Of a stretch of 64,000 nucleotides of DNA, positions 50,585 through 59,236 are shown piece after piece. A model generated the notes under the pieces. It ran no database searches and was not told the DNA's origin. It saw only the letters and a program-made list of their open reading frames with translations. Position 1 is the first letter of the stretch. The number at the start of each line of letters is the position of its first letter. A program made the position numbers and the translations under genes. Source of the DNA: Flectonema sp. DT1601 (lineage: Eukaryota); NCBI GenBank assembly GCA_964019425.1, contig OZ025805.1, positions 496,001-560,000 of the forward strand, in the 5' to 3' direction.

Positions 50585-50843
50585 TCAAAATTCCATTTAG
50601 GTAATTTGCCACCGAAACTGAGCACCAAACAAAAACCGCCGTCAGCGGGTTTTGAACCCTCGACCGCCATTCTCGCAGACCGGCGTTCTATCAATTGAGC
50701 TATGTAGCCACATAATCGACGTTTCTTTTATTTCTATAAGTCAATGTCTCTATTAGTTTTCTGACGATATCAAATATTTCTATCCCTTTATCAGTTCTCA
50801 CACCCCTGTCTTCATCACAAGAAAACTTATATTTAAATTAAGT
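50585..50843 (+). repeat. Split direct repeat A1 (259 bp)
   Basis: Identical by eye to 55226-55484. Confidence 0.95.
50636..50709 (-). ncRNA. tRNA-like (degenerate) Pol III-type unit within repeat A1
   Basis: GGCTACA TA GCTC AATTGATA GAAC G CCGGT CTGCGAG AATGG CGGTC GAGGG TTCAAAA CCCGC TGACGGC GG, then TTTTT. Canonical tRNA spacing with A- and B-box-like motifs, but the stems are mismatched. Confidence 0.7.
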
Positions 50844-50849
50844 TAAATA

Positions 50850-52106
50850 ATGACTCGTGTAAATTTTGAGTTCCCTGAGTTCCTAGTGGAGATTTGGAAG
50901 GCACGAATGGGTGAGGAACCGCCAAAGAAGTTGGATAATATTAACTTGGATGAGCTGATTGCATGCATCCCCTTTAGCATCGATCTAAGTACATTGAGAT
51001 CGGACAAGGAGACGAGGAGGTTGATCCAAGGCACACTGGCTATGTGTCTTGGGATCTCAAGCGACGCAGCCAAGACACTTTCGATGAATAAGTGTCTAGT
51101 AATACTGGGGGTTCTATCAAGGAGCCGCTTGCAGTTGGTCAACCAGAGCGCCGCCCGGATGAGCGAGCGGATATCCAAGGGGGGGTCGGATAGGTTGGTG
51201 ACACACGACGAGGCGGAGGATGCGATGGGATCGCTGCAGCAGGGCACGGACACGCTCCGAAGCGACACCAAGCAAGGATTCGACTCGTTGAGAAACGAAT
51301 GTCAGAAGGAATCCCAATCGGTGAGGAGAAGGGTTGGGGAGGCCGCCGAGAAAGCTGAGAACATCGGGGGCATGTGGGAAGCATTCAAAGAGCAACAGGT
51401 TCTACAACAGCAACAACAAGATAACATCATCCAGCAGCTCACACAGCAACAACAAGATCAGCAGGACCAGAATACTGCATTGTTCCAGAGCATCAGTCAA
51501 CAACAACAGGTCCATCAGGAACAACAGGCAGCCGTGATACAAGGTATCATGCAGGAATTAGCAGGTCTGAAGAAGAGGTCTACCACAACTCAGCAAGGGC
51601 CAGTACCTCAAGCACCAAAGACGGAAGAAGAAGAAGCAACACAGGAGGTGACCGACCCATCTGCAGCCAGAGATGTAAAAAGATGGGCAGCAGTAATGAG
51701 TTCGGGAAGGACCGAGGCCCTGGTACACGGGATCAGAGAGAGGTATGTTAACAGCCTCGAATACAAAGTTGGGGGAAGCCAACTTCTCAGTTATTTCAAG
51801 CAATTGAAAAACTTTATACTCGGGTTCGAATATGTAGTAGCGTGGGAAGAAAACCCCCACTTCGTAGAGCTAGGCAACGATTTGTTGGAGCAGCTGCGGA
51901 TTCAGCATTACTTCTGCAAGGATGGGACGAAGAGATCCGAGCTGGAGATGATAATGAAAGTGGCATCGGAAGACCCGTTGGAGAAGGCAAACGCCATAGC
52001 TAAGAGGAACAAACATGTGAAGCTGCAGCAACCAAAATGGAAAGGAGGGAAGGCGTCTGTTTCCACATACCCAGCATCGGGAAACGGGAGAGGGTTCGCG
52101 AAGTGA
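50850..52106 (+). CDS. Gag-like ORF1 of the YR retrotransposon
   Basis: First ORF, 6 nt after A1. Coiled-coil/Gln-rich with a basic C-terminus. A homologous fragment lies at 55790-56470. No CCHC knuckle seen. Confidence 0.8.
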   Translation: MTRVNFEFPEFLVEIWKARMGEEPPKKLDNINLDELIACIPFSIDLSTLRSDKETRRLIQGTLAMCLGISSDAAKTLSMNKCLVILGVLSRSRLQLVNQSAARMSERISKGGSDRLVTHDEAEDAMGSLQQGTDTLRSDTKQGFDSLRNECQKESQSVRRRVGEAAEKAENIGGMWEAFKEQQVLQQQQQDNIIQQLTQQQQDQQDQNTALFQSISQQQQVHQEQQAAVIQGIMQELAGLKKRSTTTQQGPVPQAPKTEEEEATQEVTDPSAARDVKRWAAVMSSGRTEALVHGIRERYVNSLEYKVGGSQLLSYFKQLKNFILGFEYVVAWEENPHFVELGNDLLEQLRIQHYFCKDGTKRSELEMIMKVASEDPLEKANAIAKRNKHVKLQQPKWKGGKASVSTYPASGNGRGFAK

Positions 52107-55100
52107 CCAGCCGACCGGACCCTGCAAGTAACAACAGTACTCCCAAGACGAAGGTTAGAGTACAGGAATATGCAAGTATTAGAAACACTCCCATTACCAA
52201 GGTTGAAGTATTTAAGGAAACCAGCAAGACTTATGCAGAAGCGCTCAAAACAGGTATTGAAGGACGGCCGACTACGAACAAGGTTAAGAAGATCCATAAG
52301 TTCGATCGTTCGAGGCCCGGACAACAATATAAAATCCGCAGTCCGAGGATCCCCCAGCGGAAGGGAGATGGAAGCAAATTCAGACAGAGAAACGGGAGAG
52401 ATAAATTCCACACCAATCACAGTCACAACGGATACAATGCCCTCAGAAGAATTAGGAAAAAACATAGTTGGAAGAATTCTGCTGAACATGATGGAGGGAT
52501 GCCCCGAGGGGGCAAAGAAGCGGCATGCGGAGGATTCCGTTACATACATAGAAGCGACGGAAAGACTTCAAGAAACACTAGAGAAGATGTGGGCCTCAAA
52601 GACAACAGCAAGCAGGCGGAATCTGTGGAGAAGATTTCGGGCCTGGGCAAGGGAAAAGGAGAAACCAGCAAACGCAAGCTCGGCTGTTCTGTTCGTGATG
52701 GCGACAGGTGTGGCAGTGCAGGGGCTTCTCTCTTATGCAAAGAGTCTATCTGCAGTGATGGGGAGAATCGGAATAGAAAACGGACCTCTGTTGAGCTTAG
52801 CTGCAGCACTGAGGGCGAACGGAGCGGCAATACCACTAGAACAGGCAACGCCAATGACAAGTTTCGACCTGGTGGATTGGGCAAGGGGGCAAGAATTAAA
52901 GACCCACTTGGCAATGCTAGTGTGCTGGAAGACTGCATCAAGATGGGGCGAGACCGCAGCGCTCTCAAGGGACCAGTTCATCTCTGTAAGTCCGTCAGAG
53001 ATCATTATCGATTGGTTCCGCACGCCGAAGGGAAGGAGGGCAAACCCTTACTCGCCAAGCAGATGGACGGTGATAAAGGGGAATCACACAGAAGAGATAA
53101 AGATCTTGCTGGATGCGATGGGGGAGTTCAAAAAACTACACCCGTGGGACACGTCAAAATTAGTGAAAACGTTCCAGCAAGACGGCAGGATGAAAAGATA
53201 CACCGCCCACTCAATAAAAAGGGGTGCGATAAGTCATCTGTTGGAAGTTCTGGCATCCGACCAAGAGCAGCAAGGACTCACAGAAGGGCTGATAAGCAGG
53301 CTGGCCAAGCATGCAGGAGTGTCGGCTCTTTCGGACACCACGCTGAGGTACGGGGGGAACCCAATTGCAATGGCGAGGGCGTTAAAGACAGGGGATGTCA
53401 CCTGTTTCCTGTAGTTGATAGATCAAAAAATGCGAGCGAACGGGATGTGATGCGGAGCGTAGCAGCTCAGTTCACACACAGAACAAAGAGCACGCGCATT
53501 CCCATAACGAAGGAGGAGATATCTTCACCACTACATGTGGCCCCTACACCTAAGATGGATGTTTCAGCTGTGAGGGGGAGGATGCTGCCATCGGTCCTGA
53601 AGAGGTTTGATTATGTTTGGGACCTCACCTTCTTTCCTAAGGATTCTTCTGTCAATGCACGGCTCTCGAGGAGGGCAACTTCGAAGTTGGCAGGGAAACA
53701 TGCAAGAGAATTGGTTGAGTGTGGTATTGCAGTGCCGAGTGATTCTGTACCGCTGTCTCGGAATGTACCATTTACAGTGTATGAGGAGAGGGAGACGGGG
53801 AACAGACAGCGGTTCATCCTCTGGACAAAAGAGCAGAACGAACTGATCTCGTCTGGGGGATATGAACCATTCGTTCCACTGCAGCACATTTCTTGTTACC
53901 TGGATGCTGTACATTCGGAGGTGGCATCCTGCAGGGACTTCAAGACTGGATTCTACCAGGTCTGCATACCTGAGGGGTCAACTTCACTCTTCAGTTTCTC
54001 TGATTCAGCTGGGAAGGTTTACTCTTTGACTCGACTTCCGATGGGTCATGTGTGTGCCCCAGAACTGATGAACACCATCGCTGCAGTAGTTGCTGGTGAC
54101 CCGCTGTTCGTTAAGAAAGAATTTGCGGAGGAGGAAGTTGGGATTCACTGGTGGATTGATAACATTAGGTTATTTGGTCCCAAGGAGAAGGTTAAATGCG
54201 CAGCTGAGAGGATGGACTCCTTTGCCAGAATGGCAAACATCACATGGAAACCAAGTGATACTGTGGATCTCTCTCCGAAGTATGAGTTCTTGGGGGTCAC
54301 CTTTGATCACCATACAGACAGGGTGAGCTTGGGGACCAAGATTGGGAGAAAAATCAAGAACACCAACCTTGATTCATTGACTGCATCGGAGTTGGAGTCC
54401 TTAGGAGGTCGCCTGTTGCATGCCAGCTCCATTGTTGGAGTTCCACCTGGGAAGTACTGGTTTAGCTTGAAGTATCTTCGCAGAGTCACAAATTACTTGA
54501 ACAAGGGAACCCTACAAGTACAGCAGGTACTAAAATTGCCCCGTTCAGTAAGGAAGGAATTAGAAATGTGGATCGGTGCTGTGCAGAAGGAGAGAATAAT
54601 TATGCCTGAGCAGAAAGAGGGGAGGACTGCCGAAGTGTTTGTAGATGCCTCATTGCAGGGATGGGGAGGTGTCATTGTTTGGAAAACAGGTGAGTTGGAA
54701 ATTCTTGGTGCGGCATGGCCTGCTGGTGAAGACCGACATATAAATATCCTTGAAGCGGACGCTCTTGGGAAGACACTCAAAGGAATTGCAAAGGCCGACC
54801 ACCTTTCCATCTGGGTTGACAACACTACAGTTTGTGGTGCTTTTCGGAAGAAGATGTGTGTTCGCTCACACAGTCTCAACAGGTGTTTGATAACTGCGAT
54901 TGAATGCCTTTTAGTTTTGAAATGTTCCTACTCCCTTGCCTGGGTAAGCACGAAGCTAAACCCAGCAGACATTCCTTCTCGAGAGGAAGTCTCACACGGA
55001 ACGAGAGCGAAGGTTGAACAAGCGTTGGGGTCGTTCTTTAACTCGCGTGGTGGTGGTGGTGCCGGTGTCCCGTCGAATCGAAACGGCCCGGTACAACCCC

Positions 55101-55144
55101 TACGCAGAAGTAATCTGCACCACAGTGTAGATTCTTCTTTGTGA
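52037..55144 (+). CDS. Reverse transcriptase-RNase H ORF with a long N-terminal extension overlapping the YR gene
   Basis: RT motifs DFKTGFYQ, RLPMG, WIDN and FLG. RNase H motifs VFVDAS, INILE, WVDN and NPAD. The recognisable RT region begins at about 53450. Confidence 0.93.
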   Translation: MERREGVCFHIPSIGKRERVREVTSRPDPASNNSTPKTKVRVQEYASIRNTPITKVEVFKETSKTYAEALKTGIEGRPTTNKVKKIHKFDRSRPGQQYKIRSPRIPQRKGDGSKFRQRNGRDKFHTNHSHNGYNALRRIRKKHSWKNSAEHDGGMPRGGKEAACGGFRYIHRSDGKTSRNTREDVGLKDNSKQAESVEKISGLGKGKGETSKRKLGCSVRDGDRCGSAGASLLCKESICSDGENRNRKRTSVELSCSTEGERSGNTTRTGNANDKFRPGGLGKGARIKDPLGNASVLEDCIKMGRDRSALKGPVHLCKSVRDHYRLVPHAEGKEGKPLLAKQMDGDKGESHRRDKDLAGCDGGVQKTTPVGHVKISENVPARRQDEKIHRPLNKKGCDKSSVGSSGIRPRAARTHRRADKQAGQACRSVGSFGHHAEVRGEPNCNGEGVKDRGCHLFPVVDRSKNASERDVMRSVAAQFTHRTKSTRIPITKEEISSPLHVAPTPKMDVSAVRGRMLPSVLKRFDYVWDLTFFPKDSSVNARLSRRATSKLAGKHARELVECGIAVPSDSVPLSRNVPFTVYEERETGNRQRFILWTKEQNELISSGGYEPFVPLQHISCYLDAVHSEVASCRDFKTGFYQVCIPEGSTSLFSFSDSAGKVYSLTRLPMGHVCAPELMNTIAAVVAGDPLFVKKEFAEEEVGIHWWIDNIRLFGPKEKVKCAAERMDSFARMANITWKPSDTVDLSPKYEFLGVTFDHHTDRVSLGTKIGRKIKNTNLDSLTASELESLGGRLLHASSIVGVPPGKYWFSLKYLRRVTNYLNKGTLQVQQVLKLPRSVRKELEMWIGAVQKERIIMPEQKEGRTAEVFVDASLQGWGGVIVWKTGELEILGAAWPAGEDRHINILEADALGKTLKGIAKADHLSIWVDNTTVCGAFRKKMCVRSHSLNRCLITAIECLLVLKCSYSLAWVSTKLNPADIPSREEVSHGTRAKVEQALGSFFNSRGGGGAGVPSNRNGPVQPLRRSNLHHSVDSSL
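52170..53414 (+). CDS. Tyrosine recombinase
   Basis: Catalytic set TASRWGE (R), TPK (K), HSIKR (HxxR), KH (H) and TLRY (Y). Confidence 0.93.
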   Translation: MQVLETLPLPRLKYLRKPARLMQKRSKQVLKDGRLRTRLRRSISSIVRGPDNNIKSAVRGSPSGREMEANSDRETGEINSTPITVTTDTMPSEELGKNIVGRILLNMMEGCPEGAKKRHAEDSVTYIEATERLQETLEKMWASKTTASRRNLWRRFRAWAREKEKPANASSAVLFVMATGVAVQGLLSYAKSLSAVMGRIGIENGPLLSLAAALRANGAAIPLEQATPMTSFDLVDWARGQELKTHLAMLVCWKTASRWGETAALSRDQFISVSPSEIIIDWFRTPKGRRANPYSPSRWTVIKGNHTEEIKILLDAMGEFKKLHPWDTSKLVKTFQQDGRMKRYTAHSIKRGAISHLLEVLASDQEQQGLTEGLISRLAKHAGVSALSDTTLRYGGNPIAMARALKTGDVTCFL

Positions 55145-55225
55145 TCTCAGACTTGTTAACTGCATGTTCATTCAATTAAGTATACTTCTCTTTCCCAGGT
55201 GCATACAGTATAGGAAGGCTAATTA
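55061..55225 (+). repeat. Split direct repeat B1 (165 bp)
   Basis: Matches 55503-55667 with one mismatch seen (55220 T vs 55662 C). Confidence 0.95.
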
Positions 55226-55484
55226 TCAAAATTCCATTTAGGTAATTTGCCACCGAAACTGAGCACCAAACAAAAACCGCCGTCAGCGGGTTTTGAACCC
55301 TCGACCGCCATTCTCGCAGACCGGCGTTCTATCAATTGAGCTATGTAGCCACATAATCGACGTTTCTTTTATTTCTATAAGTCAATGTCTCTATTAGTTT
55401 TCTGACGATATCAAATATTTCTATCCCTTTATCAGTTCTCACACCCCTGTCTTCATCACAAGAAAACTTATATTTAAATTAAGT
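55226..55484 (+). repeat. Split direct repeat A2 (259 bp), containing a second tRNA-like unit at 55277-55350 (-)
   Basis: Copy of 50585-50843. Confidence 0.95.
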
Positions 55485-55502
55485 CCCACCCACCCTTCCC
55501 CC

Positions 55503-55667
55503 GCCGGTGTCCCGTCGAATCGAAACGGCCCGGTACAACCCCTACGCAGAAGTAATCTGCACCACAGTGTAGATTCTTCTTTGTGATCTCAGACTTGTTA
55601 ACTGCATGTTCATTCAATTAAGTATACTTCTCTTTCCCAGGTGCATACAGTATAGGAAGGCCAATTA
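55503..55667 (+). repeat. Split direct repeat B2 (165 bp)
   Basis: Copy of B1. Confidence 0.95.
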
Positions 55668-56500
55668 CTATACTGTATGCACCTGGGAAAGAGAAGTATA
55701 CTTAATTGAATGAACATGCAGTTAACAAGTCTGAGATCACTTAGAATAATCTACACTGTGGTGCAGATTACTTCTGCATAGGGGTTGTACGCTTGCAAAG
55801 GAAGCGGCGCACAACAAGAAGAACCGTAACTGCCTCAACAAATTACCCCCCAACTTCACCAAGTGAGGAACCTGCGTCCAGCCTGTCACTCTTTCCATAC
55901 CAAAAAGGAAGTTTGAGAGGTTCTCAAATTTTTCAACCAGACCATATTTTAGACCGGAAACATATCGGCCATCAAGCTTCATCACTACGTGTCGCCCCCT
56001 TCGCTTCAAGGATTTCCTCCCATGCCTTGACCCTTTGCACATGACAGGTCAGTTCTAGGTGCTCTTCATGATCAGGTTCAGGCTGAGTAGTCTGTTGTAT
56101 CACCGGTGGCTGGAATGGCTGAGGTGGCATCCCCACTGGTGGCTGATGTGATAGTGGCGGTGGTGGTGGTGGCATCGGCATCTTCACTGCTTCGTGTTGC
56201 TGTGGTCGTGTCCCTTGTCTTTCTACCCGTGTTTTTAGCGAAACGAGTCCCGCCATTAGCGACTGCATTGCAGCCTCGGTTTGTTGTTGCTGTTGCTGCT
56301 GTCTCATTGTAAAATCTTCGATGGTTGTTCTTATCGACCCCATCTCTTCAGCCGTGTTTTCCCTGTGCCTGGCAACCGATTCAAACCTCTGACCCACTCC
56401 AGAAAAGGTTGCCTCTGTCCGACTTTCTAACACCCCATGGCCTTCCCCCCACCACCCACGTATCAACCACAACCTGAATGCTGTTCTGCACTTGCCGCAA
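55668..56500 (-). mobile_element. Deleted related YR element (divergent gag fragment fused to a partial B repeat), tail-to-tail with the intact copy
   Basis: 55668-55790 is the reverse complement of B with about 4 mismatches. Minus-strand ORFs give RYVSGLKY..NFLFGMERVTGW..PHLVKLGGNLLRQLR, compared with gag RYVNSLEY..NFILGFEYVVAW..PHFVELGNDLLEQLR. The 5' boundary was not found. Confidence 0.85.
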
Positions 56501-56570
56501 GGTCTGCATTTAGTTAGTTAGTTGGTATTAATAATTATTAGTCAATCAGAAAAAAAGAAAGAAAATTTTG

Positions 56571-56752
56571 TGGACAACAAACTTGGTTTCGGGCTAAGAT
56601 TAAAAACAATCTGTCTTCGGACCATTCCTTACCTGCCAAAAGAAGGGAGAGGGTGGGAAAATTCAATTGAATGCAAAAGTTCGCAGGACAACAAACAAAT
56701 AATAATGGTTGATTTCGGGCTAAGATTCAACAATATTTCTTCGGACCATTCC
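56571..56752. repeat. Imperfect direct repeat (two copies of about 55-65 bp)
   Basis: ggacaacaaac...tttcgggctaagatt..aacaat...tcttcggaccattcc occurs twice. Confidence 0.75.
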
Positions 56753-57432
56753 CCCTTAGGTAGTTAGAATATGAATTTTTATTATAAAAAGTGCACTAAA
56801 ATAAAATATAAGAAAGAAAAGTTATAAAAACACATTGTTCTGCCGTTCCATAATACACTGTGGAAGTTTCAGGCCTTAATCTTATACTACTGACCACATA
56901 TCCCTGTGCCTAATTTTACAGATCGCACCCTCCCCGATTCCAAAAAATCGAGCAAAAGTATATCGTGTAACCTTCTTGCTCAGGCGGTGAGAAAATGGTG
57001 TTTTTTGTTCGCAAAAAAAAGGAATGACTGATATATTTTTTTTTTGTATTTTAAAAAAAACGATGACATCACACAATACACAACAAACACAACAAACAGT
57101 TGGAACAACGAATGTCGATTCTGTAAAGTATCGATTAATGAAAAAGACACTGGATCTGTGATGGTAATGGACTTAGACCAGTTACTACCAACACTCGCTG
57201 GTAAGGACGCCACAAAAGCAACATTCGTACAGGCGATGGAATTGTTTGAGGTATGTTTTGACACCTCAATGCTTCAGCCGTGACTAATGAAAGAATAGGG
57301 AAGTTTCATACAGAAGAACTTGGGAATTGCCTACCCAGAATAGTTTGTTGTCGCATGGCACAAGCTTTGGGTGTCAAGCAAATTTTGGTTGCCACCTTTC
57401 TTCCTGGGCTGAGAAAATGCTTGTGATTGTTT

Positions 57433-57897
57433 TTATCAGACTCTTTTATGACTTTCCTTTCAACAGTACTTCACTGAGAATGCCGAGCGGTTCTGAGAAT
57501 GCCCAGCACTGACTTATAATATTTACCTTTTCATTTATGTTAAACGGTGTTTAAGTATTATTTCTGTTCTCTTATCATTATTTCATTGTACTCATTTATT
57601 CAGGCTAGGAAGGGTCTTAACACAAAGCGTTTTCCCACCCAGCTGATTTTAGGCTGTGGTCGAACATGCGGTGCCGTTTTCCCATTACCCCTTCGTGAAT
57701 GAGTTGCTTCATGTTAAGTTGGTTCCCATTTGTCTTTCTCACCATCAATTTCTTCAGCTGAGAAAATGGGAAAGCTTGGACGACATGAGCCTTATGATGT
57801 TAGTATCTTGTTATGTGGTTAATATGTGTGTTATTATCAGACTCTCTTTTATTACTTTTCCTTTCAACAGTACTTCACTGAGAATGCCGAGCGGTTC
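57433..57897. repeat. About 60-bp direct repeat pair
   Basis: ttatcagactc..ttttat.actttcctttcaacagtacttcactgagaatgccgagcggttc at about 57433-57493 and 57834-57897. Confidence 0.75.
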
Positions 57898-58038
57898 CCC
57901 GCAAACCTGGGATGTTATCAGTCAGCCATCCTAAGACAGTAAGAGACTGCTACACAACCATTCCTGCTCCCTCTCCTTTCCACATTGTCTTCTGCATCAA
58001 GAAAAAGGTCACCTGACAATCAACAATATTCACTGGCC

Positions 58039-59236
58039 TTAAGGCTGTTCATGCCTTGGATGATTTGGAACCCTCTGCTCTTGGAACAGGGTGGAATCGA
58101 ACCAAACAACTACAACATCTCTAGTCGATAGTGTGGCTATCTCTGCTTCATAAGCAGGATCTTGAGTTTCAGCAATCCACACTCCCTTTTCAGTTACAGG
58201 GGCAACCGTCGGAGTCATCGCGTTCGCTGGTGATGTGATCCACAGCAAGGCAACCAACAGCGGACAAATCATTTTTTATTTTTGCTCCAGAGAACTGATA
58301 GACAATAAAGTGACAGGAAGTTGCTACGCTTGCAAAGAACACACATATGTGTTAAGAAAATAAAATACAAAAGATACAAGTACAATGATAAATACTAATC
58401 CCAGACCTGGAAGGACAGATCGAGGCCCTCATTTAGATAAAAATAATTTTGTAATTTGCATGATTCAAATACCACGTGGGCGTTGGATAACTATATGGTC
58501 GCAAACATCATTTTGTAGTGCAGCGTTTTCCGTTGATAATCTTTCTCCTTCAGTTGTTGTTTTACATAATAACTTTGCCTGTTGTGTGTTCTCAGTGAAT
58601 GTGTCATCACTTTCTTGTGTTTTACGAAGAATAATGTCTTGTAGGTTCTTCACTTCACCATGTAGAGCTTCCTTTATTCATGGCTAAGTTATAATGAGTG
58701 ATTGCACATGAGTACTGCCTTCTTCTAACATACACATACTAGACCCCAAGGTACTCCGGATGCACACTTGGATCAGTGGGAACTCTGCGATCAATGCTTG
58801 AGTAAAAGGGTGTTTTCAGCAGCCATTGGATAATTCTTTCAGAACCGTTAGCATCAGAAACACCATACGTAACTGAGAGACCCGAAACTTGGTATCTGGC
58901 TACCGCGAATCCCGAAGTTCCCGCCAGATTCCTGACATCATCAGCCACAACGTGAGCTCCGATACATTCAAAAGCAAAATTGAACACGCGAACAAAAACA
59001 GAATCCTCCATAATACCACTTACAGCAAACCAATCAGTTCCAACTACCGACATACCAACGAATGGGTATGCCGCGTACATTGCTGTTTCTAATGTACCTC
59101 CCTGCTTTTTAATGGTGATGTCCCCACCCAATCCGAACACCATGTAAAGTTGGCATTCGACAGCAGCGAAAACAGAACCAGCTTGCGCGTAGCAAACAAC
59201 AACCAACATCAAAATTGAAGAGGCGCAAGGAGTCAT
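58039..59236 (-). pseudogene. Two short signal-peptide ORFs (58739-59236 and 58039-58272), probably fragments of secreted-protein genes
   Basis: Both start with ATG and a hydrophobic leader. They are short and no domain is recognisable. Confidence 0.3.

Larger units (their letters stand above)
50585..55667 (+). mobile_element. Apparently intact tyrosine-recombinase retrotransposon (DIRS order, VIPER/TATE-like gene order) with split direct repeats
   Basis: A1 50585-50843, gag, YR, RT-RH, B1 55061-55225, A2 55226-55484, spacer, B2 55503-55667. All three ORFs are open. No TSD. Confidence 0.95.

Noticed and set aside
50636..50709. Functional tRNA-Arg(GCG) gene
   Set aside because: The acceptor stem has 3 of 7 mismatches, the other stems are mismatched and G19 is lost. 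Reported as tRNA-like only.
50572..55668. Apparent 13-bp terminal inverted repeats on the YR element
   Set aside because: The internal B1|A2 junction and the other copies lack the left 12-mer. It is better explained as the split terminus of the antiparallel target element.
56571..56752. Hammerhead ribozyme-like CCGAAGA...CGAAA on the minus strand of the repeat pair
   Set aside because: The core deviates from CUGANGA and stems I-III cannot be formed properly.
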